A stretch of 64,000 bases of DNA, from positions 384,001 through 448,000 of the forward strand of contig CAVQQD010000003.1 of NCBI GenBank assembly GCA_963714975.1, written 5' to 3'. The notes beneath the pieces are model-generated. The model worked only from the letters and a program-made list of their open reading frames with translations, ran no database searches and was not told the origin of the DNA. Below, piece by piece: positions 11,671-20,071 of this stretch; positions within the stretch are counted from its first letter, which is position 1; each line of letters opens with the position of its first letter. Made by a program: the position numbers and the translations under genes. Origin of the DNA: an uncultured Gammaproteobacteria bacterium (GTDB taxonomy: Bacteria; Pseudomonadota; Gammaproteobacteria; JAURND01).

Positions 11671-12642
11671 ATGAAAAAACCACGTTACACCATTGAGTTC
11701 GAACTCACCCCCCTGGACAATCAACGCTTGGCTGTTTTGTCTGGACAGTTTGATAAAAACCTGCGGCAAATTGAACGTTTTTTTGGGGTTGAAATAAATA
11801 ACCGTGCGGCTAATTTTCAAATTATTGGTCCAAAACGCTCTGTGGAAAAAGCTAAAGCAGTATTAGATAGGCTCTATCAGGAAACAACCACTGCGCTGAT
11901 TGATTCGGCAAAAATTCAAATTTTAATGCAGACCGTCGATACCCAGCAAGGAGTAAAAAAACCACCGCCTGATTATAATGAAGCTATCATCATTACCCCC
12001 AAAGTTAAGGTACGGCCTCGCAGTCCTAATCAATATCATTATGTCAAAAATATTCTGAGTCATGATATTAGTTTTGGGGTAGGCCCTTCGGGTACTGGGA
12101 AAACTTATTTAGCAGTGGCTTGCGCGGTAGCTGCTTTGGCATCCGATCAGGTGCAACGGATTATTTTGGTTAGGCCTGCCGTGGAAGCAGGGGAACGTCT
12201 GGGCTTTTTGCCGGGCGATTTAGCACAAAAAGTCGATCCTTATTTGCGTCCTTTGTATGATGCCTTGTATGAAATGATGGGAGTTGAAGCGGCAGAAAAA
12301 TTAGCTACGAAAAATATCATTGAAGTAGCGCCCTTGGCTTATATGCGGGGCCGCACGCTCAATGAAGCCTTTATTATTTTGGATGAAAGTCAAAATACCA
12401 CGCGTGAACAAATGAAAATGTTTTTAACTCGGATTGGTTTTGGATCAAAAGTAGTGATTACTGGCGATATTACGCAGACTGATCTCCCTAAGCACGAGCT
12501 TTCGGGTTTGCGTCATGCGATTGCCGTGCTTAATGAAGTCCAAGATATTCACTTTACGTTTTTTCAAGCCCACGATGTCGTGCGTCATCCTTTGGTACAA
12601 CTGATTATTCAAGCCTATGAAAAAGCCGAACATCCAAATTGA
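11671..12642 (+). CDS. phoH: PhoH-family ATPase (YbeZ)
   Basis: GPSGTGKT, RPAVEAGERLGFLPGD and APLAYMRGRT motifs; lies between miaB and ybeY. Confidence 0.96.
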   Translation: MKKPRYTIEFELTPLDNQRLAVLSGQFDKNLRQIERFFGVEINNRAANFQIIGPKRSVEKAKAVLDRLYQETTTALIDSAKIQILMQTVDTQQGVKKPPPDYNEAIIITPKVKVRPRSPNQYHYVKNILSHDISFGVGPSGTGKTYLAVACAVAALASDQVQRIILVRPAVEAGERLGFLPGDLAQKVDPYLRPLYDALYEMMGVEAAEKLATKNIIEVAPLAYMRGRTLNEAFIILDESQNTTREQMKMFLTRIGFGSKVVITGDITQTDLPKHELSGLRHAIAVLNEVQDIHFTFFQAHDVVRHPLVQLIIQAYEKAEHPN

Positions 12643-12662
12643 GAGCAGAAGAAAAATAGAGT

Positions 12663-12703
12663 GGTTCTATGTAGAATCTACCCACTCAAAACTTCATAGA
12701 GCC
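12663..12703. mobile_element. Internally deleted MITE with 8-bp direct repeat AATAGAGT
   Basis: GGTTCTATG...CATAGAGCC ends; AATAGAGT at 12655-12662 and 12704-12711; shorter version of 13414-13498. Confidence 0.7.
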
Positions 12704-12709
12704 AATAGA

Positions 12710-12742
12710 GTTAATATTTGCTTAAGATAATTGTGTTAGGGT
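12710..12742 (+). promoter_or_regulatory. Putative PmrA box plus -10 element
   Basis: gTTAAtatT-tg-cTTAAgata with 11-bp period, 7 nt, then TAGGGT. Confidence 0.55.
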
Positions 12743-12771
12743 TAAACCTGATCATTGACAGAGGAGATATT

Positions 12772-13380
12772 ATGATGGCTAGACAGAATGAAATAGAGCG
12801 TAATGAATCTGCAAATTCAAGGCTTGTTGAAGCTCGGAAATTAGTGGAGAAAATGCATGCAAAAGGAGAGTCACTTTGGATTCGTTTCTTTTACCCAGAA
12901 AAAGCAAAAATTGCTAGTGAATGGGCACGGCGAGCTCGGCAAGATTTGTGGAGAGAGGACGAATCAGAAAAGACTATACCAAGCTTAAGTCAAGACCATC
13001 CACAAATACAGGCTCAATCACACCGCCCTCTTACAACAGAGCTAAACTTATCAGATCATGAACAAGAAGTATTATCCGAGGTTCGCATGCGGCAAATTTT
13101 GGTTCCATTTGTCATTGGAATCGGGGCAATTGCCTCAGCGCCAGCTTGGCTGCCAAAGGTGGCGAATGTTACAACTGATGAGGCAGCGCTCTATTTGGGG
13201 ATCGCTCTTGTATTTTATTTTTTCATGTCGTTGCATCTGATGGCTGAGCATTGGAATTATAATCTTACTGAAGGCAAATGGATAATCAAGGATGGAAAAA
13301 CTGATTCAATGGCAACGGTCGATCGTTATAACGCACTTGTGCAGGAAGAACAAGTGGAAACCAGGCCTTCCCTCGTTTAA
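12772..13380 (+). CDS. Orphan two-TM protein, candidate Dot/Icm substrate
   Basis: AGGAG RBS before ATG 12772; two TM segments; C-terminus QEEQVETRPSLV. Confidence 0.7.
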   Translation: MMARQNEIERNESANSRLVEARKLVEKMHAKGESLWIRFFYPEKAKIASEWARRARQDLWREDESEKTIPSLSQDHPQIQAQSHRPLTTELNLSDHEQEVLSEVRMRQILVPFVIGIGAIASAPAWLPKVANVTTDEAALYLGIALVFYFFMSLHLMAEHWNYNLTEGKWIIKDGKTDSMATVDRYNALVQEEQVETRPSLV

Positions 13381-13413
13381 AATGCAGCAGTGTATTTATA
13401 ATGCTATAGAGTA

Positions 13414-13498
13414 GGTTCTATGTAGAATCGAGTGGGTAGATTTTCCTTCTCCCACAAGGGGAGAAAGATATATTACCCACTCAAAACTTCATAGAGCC
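13414..13498. mobile_element. 85-bp MITE with imperfect 25-bp TIRs and 8-bp direct repeat ATAGAGTA
   Basis: TIRs GGTTCTATGTAGAATCGAGTGGGTA and TACCCACTCAAAACTTCATAGAGCC; ATAGAGTA at 13406-13413 and 13499-13506; internal REP-like hairpin. Confidence 0.75.
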
Positions 13499-13527
13499 AT
13501 AGAGTAGGAATTGTTGGCACATTGAGA

Positions 13528-13965
13528 ATGCTAAAACTTCATCTCCAAATTGCTTCGTCGTCCCAGCAGAAACGACGCTTTGGTACATTCATTCCGAGCC
13601 GTGCTCAATTTCGTCGTTGGATTGGTGCGGTAGTAGCTGACACTGAATTAACCATCCGTATCACCGATGAAGTTGAAAGCACCGAGTTAAATCAAAAATA
13701 TCGTCGCAAGCAAGGCCCTACTAATGTGTTGTCATTTCCTTCAAGTGAAACCCCCTATCTGGGTGATCTAGTGTTTTGCGGACCTTTAGTGCAGCAAGAA
13801 GCGCAGCAACAAAATAAATCCTTGTCAGCGCATTGGGCGCATTTAACCATTCATGGGGTGTTGCATCTACTGGGTTATGACCATGAACGCTCACAAGATG
13901 CTGAAATTATGGAGGGCTTGGAGATAGACATCTTACAGAAATTGGGTATTGCAAATCCGTATTAG
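13528..13965 (+). CDS. ybeY: rRNA maturation endoribonuclease YbeY
   Basis: PTNVLSF and HGVLHLLGYDH motifs. Confidence 0.95.
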   Translation: MLKLHLQIASSSQQKRRFGTFIPSRAQFRRWIGAVVADTELTIRITDEVESTELNQKYRRKQGPTNVLSFPSSETPYLGDLVFCGPLVQQEAQQQNKSLSAHWAHLTIHGVLHLLGYDHERSQDAEIMEGLEIDILQKLGIANPY

Positions 13966-14096
13966 AAATTCGCATTCATGACTTGACCGCAAGACAATAC
14001 TGCAAGACAATACTGTAGGTAAAATTACTTGCCTTGAGCAATAAATTCTTGAGTTGTTAGCGATTTAATTTAAAAAATTAAGGAGGTATCAAATTT

Positions 14097-14795
14097 ATGA
14101 TAAATCTCTATTACTGGCCGACGCCAAACGGGCATAAAATTACTATTTTTCTTGAAGAGGCAGGGTTGGCTTACCGTATTATTCCGGTGAATATCGGCCA
14201 GGGAGAACAATTTGCTCCTGAATTTTTACGGCTATCACCTAATAATAAAATGCCGGCTATTGTTGACCCCGAGCCTGCAGTAGGTCAGGAGCCTTTGGCG
14301 ATATTTGAATCAGGCGCCATTTTGCTGTATTTGGCGGACAAAACCGGGCGCTTTTTGCCGCAAGAGCCGCATAATCATTATCAGGCATTGTCCTGGCTGT
14401 TCTGGCAGGTCGCTGGCTTGGGGCCTATGGCAGGACAAAATCATCATTTTGTGCAATATGCACCGGAGAAAATCTCTTATGCGATAGATCGTTATGTCAA
14501 AGAGACGGCGCGTTTATATGCGGTTTTGAATAAGCAATTGCACCATCATGAATATATTGTTGGGGAATATTCGATTGTGGATATGGCTTGTTATCCTTGG
14601 ATTGTACCCTATGAAAAGCAACTACAGCGTTTGGAAGATTTTCCACATTTAAAGCGCTGGTTTGAATTGATGGGGAGTCGGCCAGCCGTACAACGGGCTT
14701 ATGCTCGGGCAGAGGGGTTCGATAGTCAACCGCTGAGTGAACAGGCTAAGTGTATTTTATTCGGTCAGGATGACAGTGTTGTGCATGATGATTAG
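14097..14795 (+). CDS. Glutathione S-transferase, YfcG/nu-class-like
   Basis: WPTPNGHK, SPNNKMPAI and FESGAIL motifs. Confidence 0.9.
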   Translation: MINLYYWPTPNGHKITIFLEEAGLAYRIIPVNIGQGEQFAPEFLRLSPNNKMPAIVDPEPAVGQEPLAIFESGAILLYLADKTGRFLPQEPHNHYQALSWLFWQVAGLGPMAGQNHHFVQYAPEKISYAIDRYVKETARLYAVLNKQLHHHEYIVGEYSIVDMACYPWIVPYEKQLQRLEDFPHLKRWFELMGSRPAVQRAYARAEGFDSQPLSEQAKCILFGQDDSVVHDD

Positions 14796-14812
14796 ATGAA
14801 TGGGAAACTGCC

Positions 14813-15355
14813 ATGTCTAACTTCGATTCTATTTTAGGGCAGCTAGAACCATGGTCGTTATTCGAGCTTTATCGGTTGCATTCTGCTATCGGTAGGCTAT
14901 TAAATAATCCTGCTAGAAATGAGGCTATTAAGCGTCACCTCAAAGTGGGAATGAAAATCAGCTACTTTGATAGCACCACTAATAGCCTGATCGAAGCAAC
15001 TATCGTTGAGATCAGAAAAACTTGGGTTTCTGTAATTAACATCCATAACGGAAAAAGATGGAGAATTCAGTTTTTCCTTATCAATATTCAAGAAGTTGAT
15101 GTCAGCATTGCACCTACGAAAACAGGCGCTAGTTTAGACAGAAATTCATTAAAGGTGGGAGATTTTGTTGGATGGAATTCCAAAGGATTTGATTTGTATG
15201 GGGTCATTGAAAAGCTTAATCCTAAAAAAGCAATGATACAATTAGGAACTGGAGAACGCTGGACGGTTCCTTATTCTTTATTGTTTTTTGTGATGGATGG
15301 TGTCGTTACAAAACAAAATGCTCAGTTATGCATAGAGGGGGAAGTCATTCGTTGA
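14813..15355 (+). CDS. Hypothetical protein with two SH3/KOW-like LKVG modules
   Basis: Open 180-aa ORF with repeated LKVG(M/D) beta-rich segments. Confidence 0.7.
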   Translation: MSNFDSILGQLEPWSLFELYRLHSAIGRLLNNPARNEAIKRHLKVGMKISYFDSTTNSLIEATIVEIRKTWVSVINIHNGKRWRIQFFLINIQEVDVSIAPTKTGASLDRNSLKVGDFVGWNSKGFDLYGVIEKLNPKKAMIQLGTGERWTVPYSLLFFVMDGVVTKQNAQLCIEGEVIR

Positions 15356-15541
15356 TTTGTCCAAAGTCCTATATAGTAGAATTATGATTAATGTCAAAAT
15401 AGCTGGCAATTGCAAAAATGATAGAATCTAAAGTGTGGAAAACTTCTTACATTAAAAATAACGCAAAAAGAGCGCAAGTTTAATGTCATCTGCTTTACCA
15501 CATTCATAAGATCACTCGTTTCGCTTGAGATGCCTGGAAAG

Positions 15542-16144
15542 TTACTTTTCTTCTTCAATTGATCGCTGTATCGCTGGTCGCTGCATCAGTAGATGAAAAT
15601 AAGAATTTATATTGGACCATTTACTGAGTTCTATGTTAAATAGAGGGAGCCATTTAAGAATTACCATCAAGTAGGCATCTGCTAGGGTAAAGCTAGAACC
15701 TGTAATATATCCGCCTTTTTCTAATTGTTGATTAACAAAGTCTAACTTACGTTCTAGAGCGGGTGAAAAAAATTGAGTTTTCAAATCTTGGGGAATTGTT
15801 GGCTGAAAAAGTAAACCGGCAGTTTTATGTAATTCAGTGCTTACATAGTTCAGCCATTCCAACACACGATAGCGCTGAAGCTGTCCTATGCCAGGTAAAA
15901 GGTTAGTTGCCTGATAAGTCTCAGCTAAGTATTGCTGAATAGCGGAATTTTCGGTAAGTACACTCCCGTCATCAAACTGTAAGACAGGAACATAGCCTTT
16001 GGGATTAATAGCCAGAAAATCACTGCCGCTAGCTGTTTTTTTGGCTTTTAAATCTACCGCTTCAAATTCGCAATCAATGCCGATTTCATGGATGATAACT
16101 CGTACCGCAAAAGAGCAAGCACCTTTTGAGTAATACAATTTCAT
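15542..16144 (-). CDS. gstA: Glutathione S-transferase, beta class (GstA-like)
   Basis: MKLYYSKGACS, INPKGYVP and STELHK motifs. Confidence 0.88.
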   Translation of the reverse strand: MKLYYSKGACSFAVRVIIHEIGIDCEFEAVDLKAKKTASGSDFLAINPKGYVPVLQFDDGSVLTENSAIQQYLAETYQATNLLPGIGQLQRYRVLEWLNYVSTELHKTAGLLFQPTIPQDLKTQFFSPALERKLDFVNQQLEKGGYITGSSFTLADAYLMVILKWLPLFNIELSKWSNINSYFHLLMQRPAIQRSIEEEK

Positions 16145-16237
16145 TATAAAAACTCCTTTTAGTTGTAGCTTTACTTGGAAGCCTTAGTCTAACATTGTAA
16201 CAAACAGTTTCAAGGCTTGCATATCGTTAGCAGCAAT

Positions 16238-16400
16238 TGTAAGTCACCACTTGTGTTAAAGTAGTTTCTAAGAGAGAAAAGGCTCCCTCGCAAGAAGAAG
16301 CCTGCGGGCGTGAGCGACCGGGCAGCAATAGGTCATACAGCCGTGAGAATCAAGGTACTCTAGCCCTAACTCTCGATACGTTTGAATAGTTAATTTGGGA
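16238..16400 (+). mobile_element. Orphan IS110 left end carrying a truncated bridge-RNA-like sequence
   Basis: 16231-16400 aligns ungapped to 18648-18817 with 6 mismatches in 170 bp; no transposase follows. Confidence 0.88.
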
Positions 16401-16457
16401 GGCAGATTCAGATACGAAATGCAATTTTTAGTTAAATTTATTAAGAGGGGATTTGCA

Positions 16458-17159
16458 ATGGATATGCCTGTTTGTGTAATTGTAGGAGTTGGGTCTGGCA
16501 ATGGCGCTGCTTTTGCTGATCAATTTTCAAAGGCTGGTTATCACCTCGCTTTGCTTGCACGGCACACTAGCTTTACTGATGAACTTGCAACCCAATTGGG
16601 TAACGCATCTTCTTACGAATGTGATGTAACCAGCGTCTCGTCAATTACCCAAACTTTTCAGCGCATCCAAAAGGAGCAAGGTGAAATTGACGTGCTAATT
16701 TACAATGCCGGTTCTGGCACATGGGGCAATATTGAAGATATTACCGCTCAGCAGTTTGAGGATGCTTGGTCCGTCAATGCAAAAGGCTTGCTCATGGTGA
16801 GTCAGCAAGTAATTCCAAGCATGAAAAAACGTGGCCAGGGAAGCATTGTTGTTATTGGCGCTACAGCTTCAAGACGCGGTGGCATAAAAACTGCGGCATT
16901 TGCACCTGCTAAAGCGGCTCAGCGCAGCCTGACCGAATCCATGGCCAGGCATCTATGGCCCTTAGGAATTCACGTGGCTTTGGTTATTATTGATGGCATC
17001 ATCGATTTACCCAAAACTCGTTCCAATCTTCCCGATAAGCCTGATAGTTTTTTCTTAAAGCCGGCTGATATAGCAGCTACCGTGTATTGGTTAACTCAGC
17101 AGCCCTCATCCGCTTGGAGTTTTGAAGTCGAAGCCAGGCCCTTTGGGGAGGCGTGGTAG
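16458..17159 (+). CDS. Short-chain dehydrogenase/reductase
   Basis: VIVGVGSGNG, YNAG and GATASRRG motifs; GAGGGG RBS before ATG 16458. Confidence 0.9.
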   Translation: MDMPVCVIVGVGSGNGAAFADQFSKAGYHLALLARHTSFTDELATQLGNASSYECDVTSVSSITQTFQRIQKEQGEIDVLIYNAGSGTWGNIEDITAQQFEDAWSVNAKGLLMVSQQVIPSMKKRGQGSIVVIGATASRRGGIKTAAFAPAKAAQRSLTESMARHLWPLGIHVALVIIDGIIDLPKTRSNLPDKPDSFFLKPADIAATVYWLTQQPSSAWSFEVEARPFGEAW

Positions 17160-17179
17160 CTGCTGCTAAATTTTGTTAG

Positions 17180-17403
17180 TTATCTAGAAGATACAGGCGG
17201 CCATCGTCTGACTGTATGCACCAATGCTAATATCCAGATGGTTTGTTGGTTAATTTCATATACTAGGCGATAACTTTCGTGTGGAATTAATTAAGTTCTC
17301 GTGCTAGCTGAGAAGTAGGTCGATCGATAGCTTGAGTTTCGGCGATAAACTCAGCGCGTAAATCAGACTCCAGCTTCATGGTAAAAACGGCTTCTTTCGA
17401 CAT
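17180..17403 (-). pseudogene. Collapsed type II TA module (RHH antitoxin 5' part joined to RelE/ParE toxin 3' part)
   Basis: Reads MSKEAVFTMKLESDLRAEF...LAREL, then after a frameshift LIPHESYRLVYEINQQTIWILALVHTVRRWPP*. Confidence 0.75.
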
Positions 17404-17492
17404 AATCATACCCTTTCTCTATTTTTACATACTAAGTATGACGTTTTCATTACTTCATGCCACAAAATTCCGATAAAATTCATTGCCAAACC

Positions 17493-17579
17493 GTAACCAT
17501 TCACCACAATGTTAATGGCAATATTCCTTCTCCCACAAGGGGAGAAGGAGTTTGCCCAATTATCATGCTGAATGTTTAC
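17493..17579. mobile_element. 87-bp MITE with 8-bp direct repeat GCCAAACC
   Basis: Ends GTAACCATTCA and TGAATGTTTAC; GCCAAACC at 17485-17492 and 17580-17587; internal REP-like hairpin. Confidence 0.72.
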
Positions 17580-17727
17580 GCCAAACCTTACTATTGGCTG
17601 TTGAATATAACCTATGCCGCCTTGTGATGCGGGGGTTCACTAACCAAAGCCGATCAAATTTGCTGGCAGCATTAACGGAGCGCATGGTGGCGAGGTTTGA
17701 ACTATTATAACTATCGAGATACATTGT

Positions 17728-18627
17728 ATGAAATATCTATCATTATTCATAACTGCGATTTTTTTTAACAGTATTACTGCGCTTGCCAATATACCAGTAA
17801 TTAAATTTACACGTGTCCAGAAAAATCTGGAAGCTCTTGAGAAGAGTTTTGACGGAAAAATTGGTGTTTATGCTATTAATACCAATAATAATCAAATTAT
17901 TGCTTATCGGGCTGATGAGCGTTTTCCAGTCCAAAGTACCTCTAAATTAATAGTAGTTGCTGCGTTGTTAAAACAAAGTGACCAAAATAAAAAATTATTA
18001 CAAGAGAAAATCTATTATACAAAAAATGCTTTGATTACTTGGCATCCAGTGACAGGAAAATATATTAATAGTGGCATGACATTTGAAGCATTATCAGAAG
18101 CAGCAGTAAGTTATAGTGATAATACAGCTGCGAATCTTATCATAAAAAAATTAGGTGGGCCGACATTCGTAACTAATTTTGCTCGCTCTATTGGAAATAA
18201 AACATTTAATATCCGGCACTATGAAGGAGATTTAAACTCTAATCCGGAGAATGAAGATGATACTGCTACGCCTAAAGATATGGCAATAGGTATACGGGAA
18301 TTAACATTGGGAAATACATTGTCACCACCTCAACGAACTCAATTACTCACATGGATGAGGAATAATACGACCAGTTACAAACGAATGCGTGCAGGTGTTC
18401 CGATTGGCTGGGTTGTTGCTGATAGAACGGGGTCTGGCGATTATGGCGTCGCCAATGATATTGGCATCTTGTGGTCACCTCTATGTAAACCAATTGTATT
18501 AGCTATTTATACGGTACAAAACCAACCAAAGGCAAAGGGTCGAGATGATATCCTGGCGTCAACAACGACTATCGTACTCGATGAATTGGCAAAAAAAGAC
18601 CAATGCTTTAAAGATTTATTTGCATGA
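17728..18627 (+). CDS. Class A serine beta-lactamase (RTG triad)
   Basis: Signal peptide, STSK, SDN, YEGDLN (E166-like) and DRTGSG. Confidence 0.93.
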   Translation: MKYLSLFITAIFFNSITALANIPVIKFTRVQKNLEALEKSFDGKIGVYAINTNNNQIIAYRADERFPVQSTSKLIVVAALLKQSDQNKKLLQEKIYYTKNALITWHPVTGKYINSGMTFEALSEAAVSYSDNTAANLIIKKLGGPTFVTNFARSIGNKTFNIRHYEGDLNSNPENEDDTATPKDMAIGIRELTLGNTLSPPQRTQLLTWMRNNTTSYKRMRAGVPIGWVVADRTGSGDYGVANDIGILWSPLCKPIVLAIYTVQNQPKAKGRDDILASTTTIVLDELAKKDQCFKDLFA

Positions 18628-18684
18628 TATCTGAAAGGAGTAATCATCAGCAATTGTAAGTCACCACTTGTGTTAAAGTAGTTC

Positions 18685-18850
18685 CTAAGAGAGAAAAGGC
18701 TCCCTCGCAAGAAGGAGCCTGCGGGCGTGAGCGACCGGTCAGCAATAGGTTATACAGCCGTGGGAATCAAGGTACTCTAGCCCTAACTCTCGATACGTTT
18801 GAATAGTTCATTTGGGACTAAAGCTCCCGCTTACAATCGTAAATATCGAG
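18685..18850 (+). ncRNA. Putative IS110 bridge RNA
   Basis: 5' hairpin AGGCTCC/GGAGCCT. Loop 1 holds TCAGCAAT (left flank plus core) and GGGAAT (reverse complement of core plus right flank). Loop 2 holds ATAGTTCAT (8/9 to the right end) and CTTACAAT (reverse complement of core plus left end). Transcript ends are approximate. Confidence 0.82.
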
Positions 18851-18856
18851 GTTACC

Positions 18857-19810
18857 ATGAAATTGTATAGTTCTTTTATCGGTATGGATATAGGGAAATT
18901 TAATTTTGTTGTTGCCTTACATGGAGAAAAGATCACGAAAGAGTATCCAAATAGCGCTGAGGGCATTAAGGATTTTTTAAAAGATTATGAAGAAATTTTA
19001 CCCACAGCATTTTGTGTGGTTGAAACGACAGGGGGTCATGAAAAAATTTTGTTACTGGCCCTGCGTTCTAATAGATATGCAGTCCATCGTGCAGATACTA
19101 GGAAAGTAAAAAACTTTATCCATTCCTATGGTAAAAAGGCAAAAACAGATGCATTAGACGCTAAAGGACTAGCCCATTATAGTTATGAAAGGTATCAGGA
19201 ATTAGATATTTATGAACCTCCTGATGAAACGGATATAGCACTTTTTACATTGGTAATGCGTAAAAATGATTTAACAGAGATGCTGGTTGCTGAAAAAAAT
19301 CGCCTTAAATCGCCTAATAATCATGAAATAGTAGAAATAAGTTGTAAAAAAATGATTACCATGCTCTCGGAAGAAATCAAATTGCTCAATGAGAAAATAA
19401 ATGAGCTGATTGAAGGTGTACCTTATTTAAGGGAAAAAAGGAAAGTTTTAAAGAGCATTCCAGGGATTGGTGATGTGCTGAGCTGTGAATTGATTACTTT
19501 ATTGCCTGAACTAGGAACACTGGATAGGAGAAAAATAGCTGCTTTAGCTGGGTTAGCTCCTCAAGCAAATGAGAGTGGCAAATACAAAGGATACAGGCGC
19601 TGTGGTTATGGTCGTCAAGGAGTGAAGCCAAAATTATTTCTCGCTGCCATGGCGGCAAGGAATTCAAATTCGCATCTAAAAGTCTTTTATGAAAAATTGG
19701 TTGGGTCAGGTAAAAAGAAAATGGTGGCTTTAACCGCTTTAATGAGAAAAATTTTAGTCATCGCCAATGCAAAGGTAAGAGATTTCAATAAAGAATATAA
19801 TTTGGCTTGA
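18857..19810 (+). CDS. IS110-family DEDD recombinase/transposase
   Basis: GMDIGK, VETTGG and KTDALD (DEDD), SIPGIG, catalytic-Ser-like NESGK; GAGG RBS before ATG 18857. Confidence 0.95.
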   Translation: MKLYSSFIGMDIGKFNFVVALHGEKITKEYPNSAEGIKDFLKDYEEILPTAFCVVETTGGHEKILLLALRSNRYAVHRADTRKVKNFIHSYGKKAKTDALDAKGLAHYSYERYQELDIYEPPDETDIALFTLVMRKNDLTEMLVAEKNRLKSPNNHEIVEISCKKMITMLSEEIKLLNEKINELIEGVPYLREKRKVLKSIPGIGDVLSCELITLLPELGTLDRRKIAALAGLAPQANESGKYKGYRRCGYGRQGVKPKLFLAAMAARNSNSHLKVFYEKLVGSGKKKMVALTALMRKILVIANAKVRDFNKEYNLA

Positions 19811-20071
19811 AAGAGCACCAAGGAGGGTGCGGTCAAGCCAAATCGACAAGCCCGCTCTATAGCGGGCGAAAAATCTAGACAATTTTTTAAAAAATTAAGA
19901 TATAAATTCTCGTCCAGTGTTTGTTAAAATAAAGCCACGATACAGCCGGGGACGGCAATGACCGTGACGTGATTCCGGGCAGCTTTTGCCACCCAAGCCA
20001 CTGCCCGGTTATTTAAATCACGTCTTAAATATCCCGGGGTGTGGGGCGGAGCCCCACCTTAATCCGCATCT

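Noticed and set aside
13989-14015. 13-bp tandem repeat GCAAGACAATACT
   Set aside because: Two copies only; consistent with slippage and no function is evident.
17600-17712. Possible attC site upstream of the beta-lactamase
   Set aside because: No convincing paired RYYYAAC/GTTRRRY boxes and no integron integrase in the window.
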